DNA of 60,629 nucleotides, the filler included, from Basidiobolus meristosporus CBS 931.73 (Eukaryota; Fungi; Basidiobolomycota), in the NCBI GenBank assembly GCA_002104905.1. It is 3 parts of 3 records of this genome, joined end to end, with 100 filler letters (N's around TTAATTAATTAA, not from the genome) between each part and the next. Parts side by side here need not be neighbours in the genome. Positions count along the whole stretch, not along the records: positions 45,211 to 60,629 come from MCFE01001148.1; 2 more parts are not named here. One strand, given 5' to 3'. The position numbers and the translations under genes are program-made. The notes beneath the pieces are model-generated. The model saw nothing but the letters and a program-made list of their open reading frames with translations. It searched no databases and had not been told where the DNA came from. This document shows, piece after piece, positions 45,540 to 58,600 of the stretch; the stretch's first letter is position 1, and the number at the start of each line of letters is the position of its first letter.

Positions 45540-48138
45540 AAGATTGCTTACTCAGTAGATTGGGAGTGTTGGTATTTTTGTACTCATACCCAAATATTAC
45601 ATAAACTTGGTCACTTAGATCACAACCTCTACTATTTCCTGGCCATGTCCTTGGTTGGGACTTACTTTGAGTATTCCCACCAATACAAAATAAAGGTCCT
45701 CTCACTCTATTTGCTTAATATCAAGCAAAAACTGCTCTGGTTCCATCATTAAGACACCATTATTGCAACTGCACATTGAAATTCCCACCCTTCTTGACAG
45801 GCTTATAATGGGACCTTTACAGCATTTTGGAGGTACTCAGTTGGCCTAGATGTCTGAAGTGCCTATTGTGATAGGAAACTTGATGGTGTCTTGGGTACTC
45901 TTACTGCATGATGCCAAAATCTTCATGAACAATAGCTGTGATCATTTCATCAAAAGGTTGACACAGAGCTCAGATATTGTGACTGAGAAGTACTGATGCC
46001 ATCAGGACAACATGTCAAAATCCTCACAACAAAATTTACCCTAAATATTCTGAAAAACCTAGCCTAAAGTTATCATTGAATGGCCCCTAGGTAGCTTTTG
46101 ATTGGCTAACTGCCTATTCCCTCACCTCCTGTTATTCTAGTAAGCCTCTCAGCAATGAAGCATGGGAAACATCACAAAAATCACAGCCAGTGTTTGGCAA
46201 CACTTGCCATATTTCTATGGGATATTTCAATATTGGACTTCATCTAATTTTCAGCTGGTACTCTGCTGTTATTCCAATAGTATCTTACTAGTTTTCAGCT
46301 GGTGACTTTCCTTTAACTTTTCAGTGGTAATTAAGGGTGGAAAACATATTTGCCTGTCTGCCAAGTAGTTAGTACCTAAGATATTGAGAGTTGTTAGTTT
46401 CTCTACACTAAAAATCAGCTGATAATATGATGGTGCTCTGCTAGTCTTTGCTAGCTTTTTTGTTACAGTACTTGGGCATTGATTAATCACGATAGTACCT
46501 ATTATGTCTTGCTGGCCTCCTGATACTGCTATTAGGGTGCACAACCACACTAGCCACCTAAGTCAAACTGCATCAGGTAAGTCCATAACACTTTCTAGCT
46601 CTTCTGAGCCTTTCAAATATAGCCTGTAGAGTAAAATCTCTAGAAAATAATCACCAACAAGTTATGAGCCTATCTTCCCTGACAGCAGATCCCTGCTTGA
46701 GACCAGCAAGATCCCAAAATGTGTTGGCACAACAGCTGTGGAAAAAAATGGGGTGGAGACTCTCCCTATCCAAAATAAATGTGATGATCCTTTTAAAAGG
46801 CTGTCACAAAATTGAAATCCCATGACTAAGAGGCATTGGTCCATCATGATACTGTGCAAAGAATGTCAAAAAAAAATTGCACCCCAAATCTAACCTGGCT
46901 AAAAGTATTTGTCACAACAATACATAAGGGGCTTTTAATTGGTTCTCTGACAATTCTCTCACTTTCTGACCCTGGACCCTCATTCATATCCTACATATGT
47001 GTACATTGATTGGCTATTACCTCCTTGTTATACTTCTAACTTCCTGACTCAACTAAAGCTCTTACTTTTCATGGGTACAAATTGGTTTATTCCCATTCAA
47101 TCTTTAGTTGCGACTCAATTGCCAATTGGACTGATCTATACAAGTCCCTGTACCCAAAACCAAAATTAAGCCCAACCCCACACTGAACAAGTAGCTCCAT
47201 TAAAATTCATAATTCAATAAGTATCACTACTGGAACACCCTTTTTCCATGACTTTGGCAGGAACCCTTGCTATGAGAAAAAATTTGGCCCTGCAGGTGGA
47301 TCTAGTCCAGATCAGCCATCAGAATCCTGCAGTGAGCTTGTCAGAATACTGGCAGCTTGGAATTATTTACCCTCAACACAACCATATGATGGGATTGCAA
47401 CAGCATTTTGCTGATTTTACTGCCAAATAAAGTAAAAACATGTTGGTGTTTAAGCAGTCTTTTGGCAAGAATTGCATGGCATTCCAATGGTTTTAGTGAG
47501 CTCTTCATCTATTTCAGTGGACCTAGCCAGCCAATGCATCCAATTGCCTTATATGGCAAGAAAGTTGACAGTGTACTGATGGTCTCATTGTCAACCTCTA
47601 GTAGCATTATAACAGCAGTATAGTGGCCTACAGCAAGCTTGAATAATGCTACTGTACCAACTTACCAAATGGCATTTTCTTTTTCTACCTCCCCTTGCGC
47701 CATTTATATATTCCACTGTAGAATCACCTCTCTTTATTTGCTTACTCACTAGCACCTTGCGTATTCCACATATAGTTTGAATCAAAAAAACTGTAGCCTC
47801 TTGCTTACTAACCTTTACCTATGCACACACCCACTGCAATTGATGCACTTCTATCACCCTAACATTACAGCTTTTTAGCATGATACTTGCAAAGTTACCA
47901 TACACCTTGTATTGCTGGTAATATAGACATCTTGCAAACATATGCTTGATTGTCACCACTATTCCCATGAATACCTCCTGAATATCTGTAAAGAACTTCC
48001 TGGTACTTGGTCAATGTATTCCTTTACCCTGCTAGATTCTAGTCCCCCTTATAGGTGCACTCTGGCTCTTGTGTTTGTGAATTCCCTACTGAATGGTGTA
48101 GAAATTAGCTTGTGACCAGTAGAAACCTAGCATACTTT
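45540..48138 (-). mobile_element. Degraded CACTA-family debris, including an end at about 47268 and a Tnp2 C-terminus that hosts copy C
   Basis: TGCTATGAGAAAAATTTGGCCCTGCAGGTGGATC resembles the copy A left end. 47400-48138 is homologous to 21300-22000. The left part is highly decayed and boundaries are approximate. Confidence 0.6.
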
Positions 48139-51100
48139 CCCTATGAAAAACTATTGTGAGGATCCCATCAAAAGGCTATCAAAAATTTAAAGTCCTGTGA
48201 CTAAAAGGTATTGATCTTATCAGGACATCATGCAAAGACCATCAAAAAACTAATTGCCCCCCAGATTTCACACAAAACTTAGTCCAGATTTTTCATCACA
48301 ACAATACAAAAGTGGCTTTTGATAGGTTCTCTGCCAATTGTCCTACTTTCTGATCCCAGAAACTCCATTACCTGCTATGTTTGTGTGCATTGTTTGGCTA
48401 TTGCCTCTTCTTCACACTCCTTACTTCCTGACTCAACTGTTTCTCTTACTTTTCATGCATAACATTGTTTTATTTCTGTTGATACTTCAGTTGTACCTCA
48501 ATTGCCAATTGTATTCACCTATACATGTCTCTATACCCTACACTAACATGAAGCTCAACCCCATACTTGTCAAGTAGCTCCATTAAAATCCACCACCCAA
48601 TAAGTAGTTCTGCTGTAATACTCTGTTTCCATTGATTTGGCAGCAACCCCATGGCTTTATGCCACTGTTCATTCACTGATTCCCATCTGTCCTGGACTTT
48701 ACCCAGCACTGTAAGGTCTAGCACCTCATCTGCTAGTCTTTGCAATGAATCCTTGCAACATTCAAGTGCATTTTCTGAAGCACTGCTCTTGAAGAAGTGC
48801 TGCAACCTCTTGGTGTGCCTATAATGTTCCAAAATTCCACTGAAGGCATTGTGACAGCCATCTGAATTCTTGACATTGTTACTTTGTCTGTTGGTGGGAT
48901 CTCTACTCTGTAAACAACAGAGGACATGGAGGCTGTGGTTTACAAAGTGCCTTTCTCTGCAAACACAACTACCTCAATGGAGTGTAGCTCAACTGGCTGC
49001 ACTTCCAACTCTTGTGAACACAGCTGTTTTCTTGTTTGTAGTTCTTCTTGGCTATGATGTGATTCAGTCTGCTCCAGGCTTATGACATTAACTGACAAGA
49101 ACTGCAGCTTTTCTCTTATACATCCCTGTCTCTGGCTTGGGTAGACTTTTCTCATATTACCTTTTCCTTCATCACTTCCAGATCTTTCACTGCTACTTTA
49201 ACTGAGTTCTTCATGTATTGAACTACATTTTCTCCTTGATAAATGCTGCTCTTATGCATTTGTCTTGGCCTGTTTGTCCTTTGCTGGCACTCTGCAGGCA
49301 ACCTGGCACTTTTTTCCTGCTGGTCTTGAGCTCTCAGCCCATGTTGTAACAGGCTCCTAAGGTAACCACAGGTTTTATCATTACCAGGCCCTTCACTGCT
49401 ACTTTGACTGAGTGCTTCTTGAGTGGAACTTCACTTTTTCCTTGCAAATAATGTGCTGGTGCATCTGTGTCTGCCTGCTTTCCCCTTATTGGCATGCTTC
49501 CAGCTACCTGATGTCACTTTGATACTTGTTTGGGGCTTTTGGCCCTGCTTGTAACCAGCTCTTGAGGAAGCCACTGGTTTTGAGCCATTGCACCCTTGTT
49601 CTTCTGCCATTGACAGTTTCTGCTATTCTTGAGGTAATTTCTTAGCATACCATTGCTGGCCCAAAATCCATTGGCTTGTTTGAATCCAGGACAATGCACA
49701 TGGAACAAGCCAAGCACATTCTGCCTGGCCTTTAGTTCCTGGTGGTCCTGTGATATGCCAGCCCAGGGGCCATGGTGTGCTGGACTTCTAACAGTCTCTT
49801 GAATATTAGCCTACTCTTCATCATTTCACTCAGCAGCATCACCAATCTTCAGTATCATTTGATTTTTGGGCTTTGATATAAACACTACATTTTCTCCCTC
49901 CCATTCTGTGATGGGCTTTTCTGTGGGCATTATCTTTGGGCACTGTTGTCATGCTTCAAAGACTGTACTGTATTCCTCTACTGTTACATCAGGAAATGGC
50001 TTAATTCTCAGCTGTGATATTGAGCTACTTGAGTTCCTTTGTTGCAGCAAAGATACTGCTTTCTCTACCCAGGATATTGCTTACCCTACACCTATGTCTG
50101 CTCATCCTATTTCTGGACTATTTCCTGACTTCTCTGGGCCATTGCATCTATCCCATCAGTCACTGCCCTTAGCTGCCTCATCAATGCTTTGGTATGAGCT
50201 GACAACATACTTGCTAATACAGGTTTTTGTGATATTATGACAGCCACCTGCCAGCATTATGGTCAGCTTGCTGCTCTGCAGAGATTCCCAATTGCCTACC
50301 AGACTGAGAGCCTGATGAGTCCACATTATTACCTTCAGTAGGCACACTGTCCATAGGGCCTTTTTTGGCTGTAGCCCTGCTTGTTACACCGAATTTCAAA
50401 GTTAGCTTTTGTCCAACCATTCTTCTGCTGCTGTCAGCAGTGGGGTTTGGTTGGGAACCAGACAACTTTGCTTTATTTTTTGGCTTCATATATAAGTGGC
50501 AGTGGGTCAAACCAAAAGGGAAATGGTGTTACACATATGTGCTTATGCGGTACCACAACCTTATTTGTAATGTTTACTATGGCAGGTCATCACTGAATTG
50601 TACATTCATGTAAGTGGAATGTCTCAAGTACAAGACTGTCTAAAACTTGCATGGGCACTGACAGAAAATGATATATTAGCATAACATTGTTGAGTGTCAA
50701 ACTGCTAGCCCCATGGACAAGATTACCTTGATTCAACACTGTAAGAGAAGAGAAAAAAGACCATGCTGCTATTGCAGCAAGCCTCTCAGCCATGTAGCAC
50801 ACAGATACTGGAGGAAGTATTACAAGGATAACTGCCAGTGTTTTGCTACACAAGTCATATTTAACTATTCACCAGTCACTACAGTGCCTACAATATCTTG
50901 CTGGCTATTTGCAATTTACCATGTACATGGTATAAACAGACAACTGTCATGTATCTGGCAACATATGACCTAGGGACTTTCCTGATACCAGCATGTTTTA
51001 ACAGTAGCATGGTATTCACATCAGGAAATGCCACCATTGCAAGGTATCCAACTTGTTAGGAATCCACCATTGGGGGAAAATATTGATCACACTACAAATA

Positions 51101-53185
51101 TATCTGGGTAATTCCCCACCTAAAAAAGCTCATGCAGTCCAATAAATATTGCAAAGCTATAAATTACAGCACTCAGCATCAATCAGGCACAAATATATCT
51201 GATATATTTGATGGCAAACATTACAAACAGCTGAGTAGTAAGGACTACTTTGAAGGTATGTGTGACCATGCCTTTGACTTAGCACTTGATGGACTCTCAT
51301 TAAGCAAGTACTCTATCAGCAAATCCTGCTGGCTACTGATTTTCATCAACCTGAATCTGCCATCTATCTTACAGTATCAGAGCAGAAATCTGATAGTAAT
51401 CTTACTGGTATCTGGGCCTAAATCACTGTCCAGCCTGGATAGTTACATGTATCCATTACTGGATGAATTTTGTATGCTTTCCAGCAGATGACAGTCAATG
51501 GCTGTCATGTCAAAGCACATATTATTATCTGCATTGGTGATACCCCAGCTATCAGCAAGATAGCTGGCGTTTCTGGGCACAATGCATGGAATTACGGTCA
51601 AATATGTGAGAGCCAGGGGACTTTCTCCATAACCAACATACATTATTACTACCTAAACACCAAAACTAAGAACATCATTTTTCTGTATAGAGAATGTAGA
51701 GAAGTCAGCATGCATACCAGAGAAATTGACAGAATTGGCAACATATTACAGAGTGTCTGCTAACCTATGTACTTCTCATATGCTTCAATCAACATGCTTA
51801 CACACATGCAACAATTCAAGTGCAAGGACTAGATAAACTGGAAATGTATTTGTTCAAGTGGCTTTCTGGGGCCATTGAGGCCAAGAGTACATTGGAAGCA
51901 TTGTGAGTCATATGTGGACATTGTAGGAATACTTATCCAGAAGCAGACTACTAGTGCCCACTTGACACATCTACAGCTTTTGTGTAAGGAGTTTGTGACA
52001 GGATTTGAGAGGCTATACTACAAATATAAAGCTGAACATGTAGATCTCTGCTGCTACTGTATCTATTCTCTACTCCATCTTGCTTGGTCTGTGGTGAATA
52101 TTGGGCCTTGCTTCACCTTTTGGGAGTTTCCAATGGAGTGGATGTGTGGGGAGATAGGAAGACAAGTTGAGTTGCAGGTACTGCCTTATTGAATCTGATC
52201 AGAAATATTACCTTCATGTCTGTCATAGATGTGATGAGTTGGTACATGGAGGACAGCCAGGAAGAGTTAGAACATACTGGGATATGTGTGCACATGGAGA
52301 CACATATGCCTATGGCATTGAGAAGCTAAGCAGCCCCAATGCATGGGTAATCAGTTGAGTGATGCAAAGTTGGGTTGAACAAGAGCTAGAACACACTTAT
52401 ATGGGGGGCTAGAATCTAGCAGGGAGAGGGTATATAATGGTTAAGTACCAGAAAGTTCTTTGCAGATATTCAGGAGGCATTCATGGCAGAAATGGTGGCA
52501 ACCAAGCATATGTGTGCAAGATGTGTATGTTACCAGCAATACAAGGTATACAGCAACTTTGCAAGTATCATGCCAAAAAGCTGTGAAGTTGAGGTGATAA
52601 AAGTATGTCAGTTGCAGCAGTTGTAAGTGTTTGTAGAGGATAGTAAGCAGGAGGCCATAGCTTTTTTGATTCAAACTTCATGTGGAACACCCAAGGTGGT
52701 AGTGGGGAAGCAAATAAAGAGGGGTGATTCTACAATGGAATGTATGAGTTGTGAAAAGGGAAGTAGAAAAAGGAAATACTATTTGGTAAATTGGTACGGT
52801 AGCATTATAGAGAACTAGCTATTGGCTGCAGCAATGCTGTTACAATACCACTAGAGGCTTGCAATGAAGCCAACAATACACAGTCATGTTTTCTGCCATA
52901 TAGGGCAATTGAACTAGCTGGCCGGTTATATCCACTAAAATAGTTGTATAGAGCACTAAGACCATAACAATGCCATGCCACCTCTGGCAAAACACCACCT
53001 AAGCATCATAATGTTTTTAACCTTATTTGGTTGTAAAATTGGCCAAACACTTTTATGATACTGTCATAAGATTGTGTAGAGAGTTGTTAATTCCAGGATG
53101 CTGGTACTATTATGATCTCCTGATGGGATTGTGACAGCTGATCTGGATAAGATTCACCTGTAGGTCCAATTTATTTTGCATAGGG
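48139..53185 (+). mobile_element. CACTA element copy C, 5047 bp, complete ends, nested in an older copy of its own family
   Basis: TIRs CCCTATGAAAAA / TTTTGCATAGGG. Perfect 3-bp TSD TTT (48136-48138 and 53186-53188). The host sequence GCATAC-TTT-AGTAAAG is restored on removal. ORF2 on minus (about 48450-49870) and Tnp2 on plus (about 50620-52830; FDLALDGLSL, GPKSLSSLDSYMYPLLDEF, IGDTPAISKIAG, WEFPMEWMCG). Confidence 0.88.
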
Positions 53186-53404
53186 TTTAGTAAAGCTGTC
53201 CTAATAAAAGTTAGTTGCTTGTTGCACCCAACCCAACTTTGCTTTACTTGACTGATTAGCACTCATAACTGCCAGAATGATGTTTCCTCCTACTCCCCCT
53301 CCTCATTCTGTATCTCTACCAGTTTCTTTGGATTCAGCCATTTTACCAATCAAAGTTGATTTCTTTGACCATTTACTACTATTGGTACTATTCCTGAGGA
53401 CACA

Positions 53405-55673
53405 ATCTTCATTATTATGTGGTTTCCACTTAATGATCAATTGAATGTAAAGTGATATTTATACTTTTACATAGTCTAGGCATAACAAACATGTTGAATA
53501 GATTTAGGAAGCTCTCAAGAATATGTGTGTAAGGTTTGGGGCTGTTTGGATGCTGACTAGTCCTAATTTTGTCTCTAGCTGATGGTATGGTAAATAAGTC
53601 TGCAATCATTTCATCTGAAGGACAATAAACTAAGCTAACTAGGTTATTATCTATAGCTTCACATATGAAATGATGCCTAATATTTATGTGATTAGCTCTA
53701 GCATGAAAAGTTGGATGTCTACCTAATTGTATATATCCCTGATTATCTTAAAATAAAGTAATAGGCATTTTCAATGTAGGCCTAAAGCTGTAAAAGCTTT
53801 TTTGACCACATTGCTTCTTTTGTAGCTTTACAAGCTGACATATACTCTGCCTCTGTGGTAGAAAGTACTACAGTTGGTTGCTTTCTTGAATTCCATGTAT
53901 TTACTCATTGACTGTGAAAAAGGTGTATCCTATGGTGAATCTTGTGTCTTCTAAATTTTGTCCTCAATCAGCATCAGAGTATCTTACAAGATCCTGTTCT
54001 GAGTCCATTTAAGTGTGTCTAAAGCAAATATCAGCAGTTCCTTTTAGATATCTAAAAGTCTGTTTAACTGCTGCAATATGATCAGATCCATAATTCTGAT
54101 TATGCTGGCTGACAACTCCTACTGAATATGCAATATCTGGATGTGTTCCATGTACAATATACATTAGACTACCAGCCATAGACTAGGAATAGTAGTCAGA
54201 ACTTTGAGATAGCACTAAACTCACTTGTCTATGGAGAACTTTATCCCAAAGTTGTAATTGAGCACACCAATATTGAACATCATGAACTCCTTAAATAGAC
54301 TGGGTTTAGTCTCCTCTAAGATTTCTAGGTTATTTGCAGCTATATTAAGATCATATACATATAGATCCAATAGAACTGAACTTGCTCCATCTGCATTATA
54401 GTAGATGCTGTAGTCATTTGTACTCCTTTAGAAACTCAACAATTCCAAACTGGAATCTATCTTGCAATTCCAGGCTCTTGGTGATTTTAAAGACCATAGA
54501 GAGATTTTGTAAGTACACAGACCAAAGAGGGGTTACCTTGGTCAACAAGCCCATCAGCCTGGTCCATGCACATGTCCTCATCTAATTCCTCACTGTGAAT
54601 GCAGTCTTTACACCCATGTGGTGTAAAAAAACTTATACTTAGCTGCAATATCTGATGCTAGTCTGATGGAATCAAACTTGGCTACAAGTGCCAAGGTGTC
54701 AGATATAGTCAGGTCTTTTTGATTGAGAGTATCCTTTGGCCACAATTCTCGCTTTAACTCTTTGATAATACCATCAGCCTTGTATTTTGTCATCAGCACC
54801 CATCTGCATCATATTGACTTTTGGTTGATTGGTAACTTGAATTAGTCACAAGTTTGATTCTCCATAAGTCCTGCTACTCCCAAGTCAATACAGATCTCCA
54901 AAACCTTGACTGAAAGCTATTTAGGGCCTCCTTTTCAGCTTGCAGTTCATCAATATGTACTGAATAGGTATAGGCTAAGTTTGTATAACAATCATTGTCA
55001 TCATCATGTGTCATTTTTGGTCAAAAATCTGTTTTGCATCAAACAGCACAAATCTGGACTTAGTCAGCTTCTTAGGTTCAGCATTGTAGAGCTTGTATAG
55101 CATACTCTTATTGCTGTAGCCCAACAATATGCATATTACACTTTTTGACTATAATTTTGACTGATTTCCAGGCAGTTATCTTGCTTTCAACATAAACCCA
55201 GATATTCTCAGAGGTTCTGCAACTGATATGTGTCCATACCATGCCTCAAATGAAGTTAATTTGCAAAGTATTTGGCTTTAACTTCAGGTATGCAGCTGAT
55301 GCAACTGCTTGTGCCCAAATATCTGCTGTAAAAGTCTTGGAGATATTGGAGGTGATTTGGGAGCGCAAGTAGATTATGTTGTTTTCACTTAATGATTTAT
55401 TGAAAGCAAGAGTAGTATTTATACTTTTGCATGGTCTTGGCATTACAAACATGCTGAATAGGTTAAGAAAGGTCCCAAGAACATGTACGCAAAGTTTGGG
55501 GCTCTTTGGAAAACTTTGAGAACTTTGATGTTCTAGGTACCTGTTATTTTAGTGAAAAATATTCTAGGTAAATCCCAAAAAGGAATTTGGTCAGTATTCC
55601 CTAGGATTTGAAGGTAACAATCTAAGTGACTAGGTCAGGTGATTATTTAGGTGGATTACAAATTTTTACAACA
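53405..55673 (-). mobile_element. Internally deleted Ty1/Copia (5' LTR 55324-55673 fused to integrase core, RT, RNase H, partial 3' LTR)
   Basis: 350-bp LTR homologous to 4707-5054. The LTR end is joined to IWAQAVASAAYLK. RT has KYKADGII and TLALVAKFDSIR; RNase H has DNQGYIQLGRHPTFHARANHINIRHHFI...ADLFT. Confidence 0.85.
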
Positions 55674-55679
55674 GTATCA

Positions 55680-58600
55680 TGGGACAATTTTGGATTATGG
55701 ATCACCATTCATGCCATATCAGTTGTTGATCTGTTTGCACATTCTGCCACTCCATTATGATGATATGTGTATGGTACAGTGGTCTCTTGCTTCATCCTAA
55801 GATTCTTGGATTCTACAATGGGATATATAAATGGTACAATGGGCCATAGCAAAAGGAAATACCATTTGATGAATTTGCATGGTAGCATTATACACCACTA
55901 GCTGTAGTCTGCGGTACTGTGGCTATAATGCAACAGATGTTGGTATTAAGTCCATCAACATAGCACCAAGTATTTTTCCATACATGGCATTTGAATGTAT
56001 TGGCTGGTTGGGTCAGCTCAAATCAGTAAGGGCTGCAATAAGACCATCAGAATGTCTCTGAAAACCTGTTGAAGAGCCACCTAAACACTGTGCACCTTAC
56101 CTACCTATATAGCAAAAACACCATATAATCCCATCATATGATTGTAAAGAGGGTTAGCAATTCCAAGCTGCTGGCATTATAACAGCCTCATTGCAGGATC
56201 TCAGCAGCTGATCTGAATTGAATCCACCCACCAGAACAAGTTGTTCTCATAGGTCTATAGAACCAAATGAGCAATATGTTTAGTAGTAGATAATGTCCTG
56301 TAATGCTAAAGAGGTGTCATGCTTCCAGACAATATCACCAACAGGGGCTGTGAGAGCTTGCTCCTACTTATTGCTAAAGCTATTCAGGATGTAATAACCC
56401 ATTTACATGATCCAGATGGACTTCTGTAGTGCAGCTAGCAAAATATCATGCTGATACTATCCTTATACTGCTATATGTCAATAGTGACATGACATTTATA
56501 TCAGAGAATGCCAGCATGGCAGAGTCCCAAACTTGCATCAAGTCACCACCATATAAGTAAAGAATTAGTTGCATTCTGGTATATTCAATCAATACCTCTA
56601 CTTAAGAAGCTCATGCAATCCAACAAATATTGTGATTATATAGAGTACTACACTCAATAATAATCAAGTTTATACATTTCTTATAAGTTTTTTAGCAAAC
56701 ATCATAAGCAGTCAACAAGTGCAATGGATGGTACTGCTCTTAGATGTGTAATATTTGGGGCACTTACTCCATTATGCACACACCCACATTGATTTTACCT
56801 CAACACCAAAGCTACAAATACCTTCTGTCTGCAGGGAAGATGTACAGAAGTCACCATGCAATTGCAATAAAGCTGGCAAGCTATAAGCCATTGGCCAGAA
56901 TACAAATTAACTGAGAATAATAGACACAGAGAATTTGATGGGGCAAACACTTTACACTGGGAAAAATGCATTTGGACCTTGTGAGAGCTCAGCTACAGAT
57001 TGTTAAGTTGCACAGGGCACAGCTTAATATAAATAAGCTCTTTGAGGTGGCATTGAAGCTGGAAAAAATTCACAAAACATCTCATTGTATCTATTCCCCA
57101 TGATACATCTCAGTGACTCCAGCTAAAGCTCTTGCAACTATGTAATAATGCAAATACAGCAATTGCATGAGCTGAGTGTGTATTTAATAAAGGTATGTTG
57201 TGAAGCAATTTCTATATAGATCACAGTTTAAGCATTGAGGCTTCTATGTCAACATTACAGGGATATTAATCACAGAGTAGCTCACTAATACCAATTTTGA
57301 GCACCTACAACTTTTGTGCAAGGAGTCTGTAACAGGATCTGAGTAGCTTTACAACAGGCACAAGCTGAAATGATAGATCTTCACCACTACTGTATCCAGA
57401 TTCTAATATGCTGTGCTTGATTCATAGAAAACATTGCCTATGCCTCACCTTTTGGGAGTTTCATATGGAGAAGATGTGTAAGGAGATGGTGGAAAAGTCA
57501 GTTTCAAACACTGCAACATTTAGTTGCATCTTACTATTTCCTTCAAGTCTGTCATGGGCTTAATAAACTGGCACATTTAGGATAGCCCCAGAAAATTGAA
57601 ATGTAAGGAGCAAAGATGTGAGCATACTGACACATAGGCCTGTGGTGTTAGGAAGCTAGGCAGCCTCTACACATGGGTATTCAGTCATGTAGACCAAGGT
57701 TAGATTAAAACAACAAGCAACTAGTATAAGTAAGAGCAACTTCACCAAGATTAGGCAGATATCTCCTTGGGAGAGTCAAATCACCACAGCTTTCAACATG
57801 GAATTAATATAAAAAAGAATTATGTACATCTATAAGCTCAACTAAAGTCTAGAAGGGCAAAGTAGTATACAGTCTAAGTACTGAGAGTTATTTTGCAGAG
57901 ATTTAAGAGATAATCATGGCCAAAGCAGTGGCAACCAAGTACACACCTGCAAGATGGGTGTATTGCCAGCTATTCAAGATATAAGACAAATTTGCCAGTA
58001 TCATACTGAATGGCTGTAAAGTCAAGGAAATACAAGTCTATTAGTTGCTGCATATGTGCACACTTATAGATATTGATCAGCATGAGGCTCTTGTACTTTG
58101 CAACTATATCAGGGACTCCCATATTGTTAGTGGGTAACCTCACTTAGAGGTATGATTTACAGTGGAATATATGAGTGAGAAAAAGGAAGGTAAGTAGGTT
58201 AGTTACCATCTGGTAGGCAGCTATGTAGACATTTTGTAGAACCAGCAGTAGGCTGCCAAGTTGCTGTGGTAAAGCCTATAGATGCTGGCATACAGGCTAG
58301 CAAAATGCCATTAAGATTCTTGCCTTATAAGATAACCATATTTAAAGGCTAGGTAGGTCTTGTCAGATACATCCAGGCCACATTGCCTATGAAAAATTAT
58401 TGTGATGATCTCATCAAAAGGCTGTCACAAAATCTTAATCCTATAACTAAGAGGTGTTAATGTCATCAGGACCTAATGCAAGCAACCATTAGAAAATTTC
58501 ACCTCAGACTTCACAGAAAACTTGGTCAAATCTTTGAGCACATCAGTATATAAGTGGGTTTGATATGTTCTCTGTCCATTGTGTCACTTTGTGATCTTAG

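Noticed and set aside
46655-46672. CCAACA-AGTTATGAGCC resembling a Copia LTR end plus PBS
   Set aside because: It aligns with internal CACTA sequence (TTGTGAGCCTATCTTCCCTGACAGCAG near 39860). No LTR upstream and no gag downstream.
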